Assembly (NCBI RefSeq): GCF_001194135.2
Contig: NC_068983.1
Span: forward strand, 92,472,331-92,536,330
Direction of reading: 5' to 3'
Source: Octopus bimaculoides
Lineage: Eukaryota
DNA: 64,000 nucleotides
Positions 35,603-47,759 of this stretch are shown piece after piece. Within the stretch, counting starts at the first letter, position 1; the number at the start of each line of letters is the position of its first letter. The position numbers and the translations under genes were made by a program. The notes under the pieces are model-generated. The model was not told where the DNA came from. It made no database searches and saw only the letters and a list, made by a program, of their open reading frames with translations.

Positions 35603-36202
35603 ATATTTTGGTTTGGTTGAGATATGTACAAAATGGTTGTGTGAAGTTCCAAATATGAAATATATATCATTTACAAAAATGTCATTGTGATGAATGACAG
35701 AAAAAAGATATTTAAGCCAAGTGAGTCAGTTTGTGTGCCCAGTTTGTGTGTCTGTGTCTGCAATGACAGTTGCTGGGCATAGCACAAATTCTTGCAGCAA
35801 GCCAACTTAAGCTGTATCATGACCACTGACTAGCTAGCAGGCACACCATGTATATATAGTTAATGCCTGTCAAAGAAAAGATACCAAAGACAAAATTGTT
35901 AACAAGATTTCAATATGTTGTTTGTCCAAAAAAATAGTTGTTTACAATGCTGGGCTTCTAATGAATTAAATGTCTGTTGGTTCTATTGTTATTTCACTGG
36001 TCACACTGGCTACTGATAAAAAAATAAGCTTTAATGTGTTTTAAAACAAGCTTTAATGTGTTTTTAGAGACTTGATGATTTCATCAATCTTTGACAACCT
36101 TCTCTTTATTGTTTAGTTCTTTCTACATCTGAACACATCTGACTGGGGTTCAGTTCCTAGGCAGTGAGTTTGTGTTTGGAGTTCTGCTAATATTTCTGGT
36201 AC
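35603..36202 (+). repeat. Second copy of the ~580-bp dispersed direct repeat
   Basis: Colinear with 33955-34538. Confidence 0.75.
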
Positions 36203-36709
36203 ATATGTATAATTTTATTGTTGTTGTTGTTGTTGTTATTATTTAGATACAACTTTGTGTTTTTGTACTAATGTAAGAAATGTCATTGAAGTGGCATCAT
36301 CTTCAGAGTATTTGTTTGGCACTTTACATTCTGAGTTAAAGTCCTATTAAGTTATACATTGTCTTTCATTCCTCTAAGATTGATAAATTAAAGTACCAAT
36401 CAAGTATGAGGATTGATTTAATTAATTAACCCTTCAACACAAAATTTCTGATTCATTACAGTATTGGACAGGTGTTATGTATAGTTCTTTACATTTTGAA
36501 TTTAAACCCTACCAAGGACAATTTTACTTTTCGTCCTTCTGGAGTTGATAAATTAAATTAGCAGGGAAGTGCTAGGTTGATTTAATCAGCTAATCCCATC
36601 TCCAAATTTGTCCAAATGTGTGGCTTTCTGCCTATGTTAGAAATTACTAAATTCATCCTGTTGTTGTTGTTACTACAACTTCTACTTTGCAGAAACATAT
36701 CATACTAAA

Positions 36710-37548
36710 TATTGGATCATCTCATAAATAATGCAGTTTTTTTCAGTTACATGAACTAAAAATCGGAGGGGGACAAGATAAACTACCTGCATCAACTTGT
36801 TATAAAAAGCAGGTAGTACTTTTACCGTGAACTTATTCTTAGTGCAAGGTTTGAAGAGTGCAGTTCGATTTTAGCAGTTATTTTTTCAAAGCTATAATGG
36901 AAGTGACAAAGGAGCATATTCAGCATATTTTGCTTTATGAGTTCAATAAAGGCAACAATGCAATGAAAAGTGTGAGGAATATTAATGCAGTATACATGGA
37001 TCGGACAATAAGTATAAACCAGTATCAACGGTGGTTCCAGAAATTCTGAGCTGGAAACTGTTGAGGAACTAGCAGAGAAGTTGGATTTGGTAATTCAACA
37101 AGTCATTCAAGTCAGCGTTAGAAGAAAAACAATCATCTTTGGTTTCAAGATGAAAGGTGTTCTTCCATCAGAATAATGCTTGGCCACATACAGCGAGGAG
37201 GACATTCCAAAGGCTGGAGCAGTTTGAATGGGAAACGTTGCCCCACCAACTATATTCACTGGATATTGCCCCCATCTGATTATCATTTATTCTGCAGTTT
37301 TCAAAATCATTTGGATGGAAAGAATATGAATTCTGTAGACGAGGTCAGAACAGTACTGGAGGAGTATTTTTCATCACGGCCAAGTGAATTTTGGAAGAGG
37401 GGCCTTGCAAGTCTACCAGATAGATGGAAGAGCATCGTAGAAAAGGAAGGAGAGTAGATTTTAGATTAAAAGAGAAGTTTGTTTATCTTAATTTTGAAAA
37501 ATAAAAGAAGGATAAAAAGAAATGCATTATTTATGGGATGACCCAATA
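36710..37548 (+). mobile_element. Internally deleted mariner
   Basis: TIRs TATTGGATCATCTCATAAATAATGC / GCATTATTTATGGGATGACCCAATA; N-terminal HIQHILLYEFNKG and C-terminal DIAPSDYHLF remnants. Confidence 0.9.
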
Positions 37549-37965
37549 CAATCATTGCCAAATTTAAGGATATAACAAACTGCTGATTAGGTCCTCCAGT
37601 CCACAGTGATTTCAAAAATAATTAAATGGCATGTATGTCTTCAATTTTTGTGAGACCTGATGTAGTTTATTTAATAAGGAGTATCCAAGTTTTATGCAGC
37701 TTAGAGCTTCACCATCTTCAGCAATGATTGCATTGCAGTATTTAGCTTTGTCCCTCCACATTTTGAACTCAAACTTTACCACAACCAACATTTGCCTTTT
37801 ATTTGTCCAGCAGGGGATAGTATTTGTGTCAAGCATGTACCAAAGTCAAATTTCATCAATTATATGTTCCTATGCAAATTATTGGCGTTTGCCAAAGTAT
37901 GACATTCATATTTGTTGCTGATAGTGTTACATTGTTGACTGAAATAACATCCTGTCTATCACTAG

Positions 37966-38055
37966 GAACCTGATAGTTTGACAAAGGAAAATAGAGAAAA
38001 CACATTAGAACAACACCAAACTGATCTGAGCCCTTCTAAGTCTCAAATACCTGTT
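37966..38055 (+). CDS. Probable downstream exon (EPDSLTKENRENTLEQHQTDLSPSKSQIPV)
   Basis: Acceptor ctatcactag, donor gtgagt at 38056; 90 nt, phase 0/0, open. Confidence 0.6.
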
Positions 38056-38966
38056 GTGAGTAATTTTATTGGATATTATTAAAGAAAATTTTACAAAGAT
38101 AAATGTACCCTTTCTAGTTTACACTCTTTAATCTAATTGTAAACCCTCTTACCAATGCGTCTACCCTTTCATACTCTAATATAAGGGTCACCACTATGTA
38201 TAGCAATTCTTTCTCTTTCTGATTTCACAATTCCCCCAGCTATTTGGACATGATGATTAATAAATATATTTGATGTGAAGCTGAAAGATTTGAATGACAT
38301 TTATCAAACTGAAAATCTTTTGTTCCATTGATGACAGAAGATCAGACTTTTTACAATAAAATAAACTAATGGCTGAAATAGAAACACACTTTTTATTGTA
38401 ATATTCAAAAATGAGCATTGTCTTTAGTCTATGGTGGATCTTTTCAGCTGAAAGAGATTAGTTGAGTGAAGAAGATTAGGTGTGATTGATATGGAAAGTT
38501 CTTGACATGGTTATAAGAAAGCTAATCTAATAGCAACCATATTTGGTAATAAAGATTAAATACACTGTGACAAGAGCATTTTCAATTACTGTGTTTATGG
38601 ATGGTTTTTCCCATAGTCTGTGAACACGACTCAGTTCTGAGGGTCAGCAATTAATATATTACCTGAACACATAGAATTGCTTGAAATATTTAATGTGGAG
38701 TTTAGAGGTTTAGAAACAGAATGTATGTGGTAAGAAACATAGAAGTAAGTGTAATGATTTGGTTCAAGTAGAGAGGTTGATGCAACAGAATACTCCAGTT
38801 GTCTTAGAGGCAACATAATGATGAATTAGGAACTTTTTGTGGGAGATGGTTTATTGATCAATCAAGTGACAGAAAATGAAGGTCTTATCAAATGATTATA
38901 AATATATGTAAAAGAATTAATTATTAAGACAGCTTAATTTACTTAGCATTATTCTTGTCTAAACAG

Positions 38967-39245
38967 CACACCAAACTAGCACCAGGAACCAAACCTCCAA
39001 TTCCTATCAAAAGAAAGTCACTCACATTACTGTCCAAAACTGCTGTAAACTCTGAAATTCCTGTAAAGAAGTGTGATACACTAAGCAGCACTTACAATTC
39101 CAATGATATAAATGTAGACCACAAACCTCTAGCCTTCAGCCAAGATGCACTGCTGGCCTCCACATTACCTATTGTGCACCCTGACACTATTCAGACATTT
39201 GAAAATGCCCAACAGTTACATGATAATTCATTGCAAAATATGAAG
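38967..39245 (+). CDS. Probable downstream exon (HTKLAPGTKPPIPIKRKSL...DNSLQNMK)
   Basis: Acceptor cttgtctaaacag, donor gtaaga at 39246; 279 nt open in phase 0/0 within otherwise stop-rich DNA; includes a proline-rich KPPIPIK motif. Confidence 0.72.
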
Positions 39246-39559
39246 GTAAGATGAGTTTTGGAGAGTTTTTTTTTTGTTTTTGCTCCACTTTTCAGAAATG
39301 TCTACCAGTTGAAGTCAAGAAAATATTTGTATCAGTAAAACTGATTGACTATTAAACTCATCAGCTCTACTTAAAGCAAATAAACATATGCTTTCTCCTC
39401 TCCTTATCGTCATTATACCATCACCACTGTTATATCCTCCCTCTACATCCCTTTATCATCATCATCATACTATCATCAGAGTTATAGGTTACCTCTTTCA
39501 TTTATCATTATCATTACCATCGTAAGAATGTGTTCATCACGTTTGGGTGGCATATCTTG

Positions 39560-40760
39560 AAGAAAATGCAAGTTAATCAGAAGATAATAAGAATAATGAA
39601 CTTATTACCTCACTAAATGGGGGGAAGAGAGTGATATGGATGCTGAACTGGAAACACCTATAAACAACTGTGTTGAAAACCATCAAACTTTGTGAACAAG
39701 GAATAGATCACCTAAACAAAAACATGTTTCAAAGATGATTGTGCTTCACAAATCAGGACGCATAATTCAATATAAACTTACAAATGATGAGGATCTGGAA
39801 TGGTGGAGATTGAATATAAGCATGAAAGGTAAAACAGAAAGGGATAAAAAAAACAAAACAAATATTAATTGAATGTAGTTAGGGAATAAGATGAACCATT
39901 TTGGTTCAATTTTGAGCATAAGGTATCTGAATGACAAGCAAATGAAGATAAACAAAAACAAAGAAGCATCCTTTAGATGAAGAAAATGTGATGATTTCCT
40001 CCTCTGCATAGACAAAGCAATAAAAAGGGAGTTGAACTGAGAATTTATACGCAGGTACTTGACAATAATATGCAGATACCCAAAATATCAGAAGATGAAT
40101 TTATACAAATAGAATGTTGGATGATAAACAAATTTGTAAAGTTGGACTTATGGCAAGAGGCTTTCAGTATAGAGCTGCTAGTAATATTACCAATCGCTCA
40201 TTCACATGTTTAAATGAGAGTCTACATATCGCATTAGGAATTATGGCATTTAATGACTGAGTATGCAACTCAATGGACATTAAGCCTACATTTTTACATA
40301 GTGAACTATCAAACAGATTAGTTTCCTTAAACTTTTCAAATACATAAATAGCCGACTGATGCTTCAAGATTCTAGTATCTGACGATCAGAGAGGAATTAA
40401 TAAAGTTAGCAGTCATCTCTAAATATGATCAAACAATATTTACATGGTATTGTGGAGAAACAAACTTCATGGAACCATTCCAACTCTGATTGATGATTTC
40501 TTCTTCAAAGATCTTTCTTATCCAAGTAGATTCCTTCATAAAATACTTAAAGCCAGGTCTGAAGAAGTAACAGAGTTTCAGTATACTGGATTTAAATGGA
40601 AATATTGGAAAAGAATGGGAATGATATGAAACTTGGACAAGATGGATATGTAAAGAAATTGAAGCATATTTTAACATGAAGAGATCAAATCTCACCAACA
40701 TGTTTCTTATAGAAATTTTTAATTGGAATATTAAAGAACAATATCAGAAATGTAAAAATA
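39560..40760 (+). mobile_element. Probable highly decayed Penelope-like remnant
   Basis: A-rich sequence with a GIY-YIG-like FKWK.. remnant near 40590; weak. Confidence 0.35.
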
Positions 40761-40777
40761 ACTAGCAAAACAAACAA

Positions 40778-40990
40778 TTCTTACTTGTTTCAGTCCTTTG
40801 ACTGTGGCCATGCTGGAGTACTGCCTCTAGTCAAGCAAATCTACCCCAGGACTTATTCTTTGTAAGCCTACTACTTATTCAATCAGTCTCTTTTGCTGAA
40901 CTACTAAGTTATGGGGATGTAAATGCACCAACATCAGTTGTCAAGCGATGCTGGGAGGACAAACACAGACACATCTACACACACACATAC
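40778..40990 (-). mobile_element. SINE 3' half
   Basis: Matches 59612-59794. Confidence 0.75.
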
Positions 40991-41455
40991 ATATACAAGG
41001 CAAAGCAAACATCTCAAGTCGTATACAATATTATTATTAGAAAAAATTCAAAGTCTTTGTAGTGTGATGGAGGAAAAAGACAACAGAACAAAACAAAAGG
41101 GAGAAAGAGATACAGTGACCTTACCTGTTGATCATGGCGGGATGAGCGATCACTGACTGGATCAAAACGTGACCTTTAACATGCGCCGTCTCTGCTTGAA
41201 CTTCCCACACGTGCTCTGTGTCCACGCATACCCCTGTGGCCCTTCTGCCGGCCCCTGCAGTTTTCACTTCCATTTGCTTCATCTGCAATCCTCTCCACCA
41301 ACACCACATAGCTCATCACAGCCCAGAACACCACATGTAACACTGATCTACAGATCATTCAACCGGCTTTCCCACTCTATCCTTGCTCCCGAACTCACAC
41401 CTTAATTGGTTTCATAATCAGCCAACCAGGGAAGAGGGTGCCGCTCCCTCTGTGG

Positions 41456-44400
41456 TCACTGTGCAACCCCGGGACTGGCCTGAGTTCCTGGTACACTGCT
41501 GCTGGCTTCATCATCTTGCCTACTGCTGCTGTCTTCATTTTCTTGCCCACTGCTACTGTCTTCATTTTCTTGCCCACTGCTACTGTCTTCATCTTCTTGC
41601 CCACTGCTGCTGGTTTGATCCTCTGAGGCATTGACAATCTTCAGCACATCCAAAACATGGCCTGACATACCATCAACAGAGACGTTGTTCTTTGAATTGA
41701 TGGAGGTTATTGTTCTTTTTCCCCATTGTGATATACACCGTGCATTTGGGGGTTTTACCCAAACTTCTTCTCTGATCTGCACAAAGGCGTGCTTTTCCCC
41801 TCCCCCGGGTTGCATTGATGCAGTACACGGAGGCCTCCACTTGTACCTGAATATTGCCCTGTGTGGCACCGACTCCTCAGCCTGTCCTGACCTAGGCGAC
41901 ATATTGTACCAAAATATGGCCTCGGTTGGTGAAATGTGGCCCCTCTCTGCCATGGTCTTGATGGTACGATGATGCCTTTCCACCACTCCATTTCCACTTG
42001 GCTGGTATGCCGCCCTGAAGAAGCGGCCAACCTGCCACCCATCAAGCATTTCTTTCAGCACCTCCGAGCGAAATGCAGTGCCATTATCCAGAAGCAGCTC
42101 ATCCATGGGGCCTTGTTCCAGGAATATCTCATTCACGCGATTTCCTCTGCAGTCTCTGTCTTCATCTCCCTCCATATGGCCATCCGCCCAGGTCTGCAGT
42201 CAACTATTGAGAGGTACGTCCCCTGCCGGTAGTATGTTATGTCCACTGCCAGTCATTTCCAGTTGTGGTCCACTAGAATACTTCCCGCCTCATGTACGCC
42301 CAAAGCAGGGTCAATAGACTGGCACCTGTCACAGCTGCTAACCACTTTCTGCACGCTCCGTCTTGTTACCTCGGAGTCGACTTTCCTGGCTAGGNNNNNN
42401 NNNNAACCACTTTCTGCACGCTCCGTCTTGTTACCTCGGAGTCGACTTTCCTGGCTAGGAACAATGTCCTGTCCACTCCCATGTGATGCATGGTATGCAG
42501 TCTCTTCAGCTCCAAGTAACTTAGACAGCATACTGCAGCCACAGCCTGCTCCACATCCTCTGGCACCTACAATCAGGCTCGCTTTATCCTGGTCAGGACG
42601 TCTACCCTGTTCTTCTCAGAAGGCACAAAAATCACACTCAGCTTCAGATCGAACTCTGCGGTTAGCTCACCCAGTATCCCCAATCGACGCTTTACCAACA
42701 TCTCTGCGACCCCTTTGGTTCGCACCCTACGCTCATTGGTGATGACTGCCGTTACCCAACCAAGCACAGTGGCCGAATCGGTCCTAATTTCTATGGTGTG
42801 CAGCCCCCACTTTAAGGCCAGGTTCACCCCCTTCAACACGGCATCCAACTCTGCCACATTGATATGGTTGCAGTCATCCATCTTCCTGAGCCAGGCTGTA
42901 TCTTCCACCATGACACCTCCCATTTCCAAGATGATCCCTATTGTGATGGTACTGGCGTCACACCATACGATCTTGCTCTTTGATTTGGGAACATATCAAC
43001 TGGCCCTCACTGGATCCTCTGCTCTCACTCTGACCAAGACTTCCTGCATCATGTCGGTCGTCTTCTCCCCCATTTTATCATTCCACTTCACTCCTTCGGC
43101 TCATCTCTTGATAAAGTTACATGCTGTCCGGAGCCATCCTGCAACCGAGTAGTGTCCCACCAGTTTCCCACACACCAAGAACAGTTCCCATCTACTCATG
43201 CTGGTGCCTAGTTCGCGGATCTCGTTCCCTCGCCGAAACACCAACGCACCGGCCTTGTCTCTCCATAGCTTGAGCCCCAGTGTAGCGCCTCCCTCCATCG
43301 CCTTTGGTGGCTTGGTGATCACTCCAGAACTCTTCAGGTGGCCTATGACCTCCATTGCTGGCATTATGGTTTCATCCTCAAGGATGTCATCGATGTACGA
43401 ATTGGTGGCCCTTTTTACTCTGTCCACCTTTCCCAGGATGGCCTTGAGAATTGTTGCAATAATCTTTGGCACCGAATTTAGCCCAAAACCCAGCCTGGTC
43501 AGACAGTATGTCCGGCCCTTATACCTGACAAGCTGATGCTTCCACAGTCTCTCAGCCACATGCACCTGCAGGTATGCCGACTTCAAATCGACGATCATGG
43601 CGGCCCCTGTCATTTGCCTCCACTCTCGCAAGGTGTCCCCACAGATATCTGTGGCCTCGCCGCCCCTATGACATGATATGTGGTCATTCAGCTCTCAGAA
43701 ATCAAGCACTGGTTTGACCTTATGCTTTGTGGGCTGTGCCACCGCCATCAGTAGCAGGACTCCACTCTCTACTTCTTCCCAAGGGATCAAAATAATCCAC
43801 TGCTCCCCCTCCCCCTCGAACTCGCTTCTGGCATCTCCTTTCAAAGTATGCTGATAGCAGCCGACTCTCATTTTTTAACATCGGGGGCTCTCCCTTCCAG
43901 TGCCACTCCACTGTCCACCTCTGGCCATCGAAGACAGCAAGAAAGTCCTGGTCTTCAATGGTGTGTGCAGCATAGTTTTCTTCACGGTTCTCACCAATGC
44001 ACGGTCTTGCCATACATGGTTTCCACACAACCCCGAATGTTACACCGGCCTCGTTGACAGTGACACCTCCTAAACGGGTGATTGCATCCATCCCCATCAC
44101 CACGTCAATCTCATCCACCAAGTGGCCAACTACAATTGCTTGCAGCATCAGCTTTGTTCCCTGCACCACAATCTGCGCATCTGTAATGCCTTCACAGTGT
44201 ACCTCTCTCCTCCGTCGACTGCCCTCACACTGCTTTCTCCACTCCACGTCTCTAATACTCCTGGAGTCATCAGGGTCATCATACAGCCCGTGTCTACAAG
44301 GGCTCGCGACATCTTCCCCTCCACCAGAATGTGGACAACGGGGAGCAACAAACGCGCCTCTATTGATCCAAAGGGATGACCACTGGCGCAGTAGTCTCTC
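41456..44400 (-). pseudogene. pol of the 41058-45444 element
   Basis: PR LVDTG; RT IVDLKSAYLQ, FGLNSVPK, YIDDI; RH WCDAS, HINVAELDAV, TDSATV; INT LAVDIT, LDNGTAF, VVERHH (D-35-E spacing counted). Several frameshifts. Confidence 0.88.
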
Positions 44401-45118
44401 TTAGACTGTTTCCCTGCAGAAATTTGCTGGCTATATGTCCTGTTTCTCGACACCGATAGCAAATGACTTCAGGCTTGGGTAACTTGCAGTCTTTCACCAT
44501 GTGCGGGCCCTGACACTGGAAACACTGTCCTTTGAATGGTCACACACGTTCCTTGTTCGACCCCTCTCCGCTACTCCTTGCTCGGCCACTTTTCGCTATT
44601 GCAGTTGCCACTAACGGCATTGACCTGCAACACGAAATTAGCACACGAGCCCTAGTTATGATATCCACCATCACCATCGAGTTGATGTTTGGCAGCTTTT
44701 GCAACTTGACCGACATGTGGTCAGGAAAGCTAGTCACAAACGCTAACTTAACCATCCGGTCCAGCGATTCTCCTTCGTACCCCGCCAGTTTAGCCAATCT
44801 CCTGGGTTCGTTGGCAAATACGTCAACCTGTTCACCAGTCCACGTTGCTTTCCCCAGGCGAGCGTAAGCTTCGAACATGCCTTCTGCAAAGGCCTCCATC
44901 AAGCAGATTTCTATTTTTTCCGCTCTAAGTTGGTCCCTCTCTTCCATTTCTAAGTATAGCGCCAATGCTGAACCATCTAGGTACAGCGGTAGAAAACTCA
45001 CTAAGTCATCTATCCCATGGAGCTTCGCAACCAACTTCATCTTCTTTAGCCAAGCGATTACATCCGTGTCACCGCAAAACGGTTTGATCATATTGTTCAA
45101 AATATGGACTATACTCAT
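44400..45118 (-). pseudogene. gag of the 41058-45444 element
   Basis: ORF 45118-44540, then frameshifted knuckles CFQCQGPHMVKDC and CYRCRETGHIASKF. Confidence 0.8.
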
Positions 45119-46597
45119 AATTCTTTTTTTTGTTTTTTGTTATGGACCGAAATAGCTTGTAGTGTGATGGAAGAAAAAGACAACAGAACAAAGCAAAAGG
45201 GAGAAAGAGATAGAGCGACCTTACCTGTTGACTGTGGCGGGATGAGCAATCACTGATTGGATCAAAACACGACCTTTAACATGCGCCATCTCTGCTCAAA
45301 CTGCCCACACGTGCTCTGTGTCCATGCATGCCCTTGTGGCCCTTCTGCTGACCCCTGCAGTCTTCACTTCCATTTGCTTCATCTGCAATCCTCTCCACCA
45401 ACACCACATAGCTCATCACAGCCCATAACACCACAAACACCACAGTCTTACAGCTGTTTCTGGGATATCCCCGAGTATGGGATATTCCGTCATCAGAGGC
45501 AAATAGGGAAAATGAAAATGGTGTATATTAATGAGATAATGACATAGAGAAAGGGAATAAAAGAATAAAAAGATGAAAAGAAAGAAGAAAAAAAGAAGCA
45601 TAAAAGTTCATAGTTCAACTTTCTGAAGTTATAGAAATAAGAGCATAAATCTTTAGGTGCAATCCTGCATAGATCCATGAGTGTAAGTCCTTAGTTGCAA
45701 TCCTGCCTAGATCCATGCGGGTTAAAATCCTGATAGAGTAGACATCCAGAGAAAAAAGATGCGAACATATCAATGTTCAATGAGAGAATGGTAGCAGAGG
45801 TTGCGATTAAGTGGTAAAAGGACAGAAAAGAAAAGAAATAGAAAGAGGAGTAGATAGAGTGTGGGGGTGAATATAAGGATTGGCTATAGGATAAAGTATT
45901 GTGTATAGGTGTATGGTGTAGCTAAGAATATAAGAGAGAGGATGATAGGGTAAAAAAAATAGCAAAATGAAAGGAACTTAAAGAGGGTAGTAGGTATCTG
46001 TGGCAGTCTTAAAGTCTATAATTGTTGGGAAGGAAAATCTAGTAGTAAATGATTGTGTCCGTTCTGGCTAAGGTCAGTGGCTGTAGAGTTATTTTTAGCA
46101 AAGGGTTTATGGATGTGTAGGTAGTCAAGAATGGAGGAGCTAGTTGAATGTTAAATTATTTATGAGTGGGAGTTAGAGTTAGGTATTAGGGGATTTATAT
46201 AGGGGACTTATTGGTTTAAAGTTTAAAAATAAATTAAGGATAAATTAAAGAATTAATATTTATCTCATAAAGTGATGAAGTAAGGTAGATAGAAGAGATG
46301 TAATATATAAGGTAGAAATAAGAGATATAGAGGGGTATGTGTTAATGATCATAGGGGTTTGTATGTGGGTACTATTCATGGGGGATGAAGTTACATTTAA
46401 ATTTATGAAAGAATTTAAAAGTGCGGAAGAATTTGTGCTTACATCCAGTGAAGGCCTTGTTTTTATTAAGCAATTATGGTGAGTTGTAGGTTAAAATTTT
46501 GAGGTCTTTTTTTAAACAGAGTCCACAACTGGAGTGTTGGCCCTGATATGGGATACCTGAATCTATTATAGCCCAGGAAAATATATAAATATATATA

Positions 46598-46770
46598 TGA
46601 CGGGCTTCTTTCAGTTTCCGCCTACCAAATCCATTCACAAGGCTTTGGTCAGCCCAAGGCTATAGTAGAAGGCACTTGCTACTTCTACTATAGTAGAAGA
46701 CAGGGTGCCATGCAGTGGAACCATGTGGTTGGTAAGCAAGCTAATTATCACACAGCCACTCCTGCGCCTA
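46598..46770 (-). mobile_element. tRNA-type SINE, 5' part
   Basis: Matches 59797-59967, with a small internal duplication. Confidence 0.75.
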
Positions 46771-47436
46771 TTTTTAGAATAGTTGTTAAAGTTAGATACT
46801 TCCCTTTTCTTTTGCAGTTGAAAACCTAATACTAGAATAAACTCATAGCTACTAAACATTCATAAACATTTTAAAGATGTAAATTGAAATGACTGATGGA
46901 AATTAAGATAGTAAAATAGAGACAATGAGGTTGTTAATCACTGGACAAAAGCCCTGGTGCTCAAGATGGAGTTGTTCCAAAGGAAACCTATACTGTCAAG
47001 TACAAACATTTAACATTTGCAATTCAAACATCTAAGATTACAAATATAATACACATGTGTCCAGCACACTGACACACACCCAAAACTATAGAGTTTAGAG
47101 TTAACCAGGCAATAGATGTGCCAGAAAATACTTGTAAGTATCTTCTAGAACATTTATTTAGTCCAGTGTTCTTCTGTTTCTGCCTACTCTCCACCCTAAG
47201 GATAATAGTCTACTATATAAATGAGAGTGTATGTGTGCTTAGCCCCAAAAGGCTCTGAAATGGTGCATCCTCAAGAGAAACAAATTTGATTTTTGAAATT
47301 TGCATCCTAAAGAGGTTATTCATAGATAATAATAAAAATATATATAATGTACTATGAGAAATAACTCAACATTTAGATTGACAAATCTTCCACTCTCTAA
47401 CTGTCACCAATAGGCACTCTCTCTCTTTTACACCTT

Positions 47437-47507
<71 letters not shown>

Positions 47508-47759
47508 TTACCATCCTCTAGCTCTCATGCATGCTGCTCCTGCTCTCTCTCTCTCTCTCTCTCTCCATATGACATGCAATTGCTTTCATTGTTTAAAAAT
47601 TTGTCTTCTAATATTTACTTTCATTTTATGATAAACAGCTATAGTGCTCAAATCCTGTTTCCTAATTGGGTAAAAATGATCAAACTTTAAACCTCTGTAA
47701 CATTTTTCTGAAATGTTTCTGGGATAAATGAATCACAAACTCATCATCATCATAATCAT

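Larger units (their letters stand above)
41058..45444 (-). mobile_element. Compact LTR retrotransposon (Gypsy domain order) with atypical RT and RNase H
   Basis: LTRs 41058-41335 and 45158-45444 (TG...CA, about 22 differences in 278 nt by hand); 5-bp TSD GTCTT at 41053-41057 and 45445-45449; order gag-PR-RT-RH-INT. Confidence 0.95.

Noticed and set aside
39296-39355. Possible next exon KCLPVEVKKIFVSVKLIDY* after a strong acceptor
   Set aside because: It would need a 50-nt intron and has no homology support; left uncalled.
41395-41637. CRISPR-like regular repeats
   Set aside because: Head-to-tail 27-bp tandem units without unique spacers, in a eukaryotic retroelement.
42340-42459. Exact 55-bp duplication inside the integrase region
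   Set aside because: The copies flank a 10-N gap, typical of an unmerged contig overlap; treated as an assembly artefact.
47065-47133. Exon-like stretch ending in a gtaagt donor
   Set aside because: No polypyrimidine acceptor gives an open phase-0 frame; stops occur in all frames upstream.
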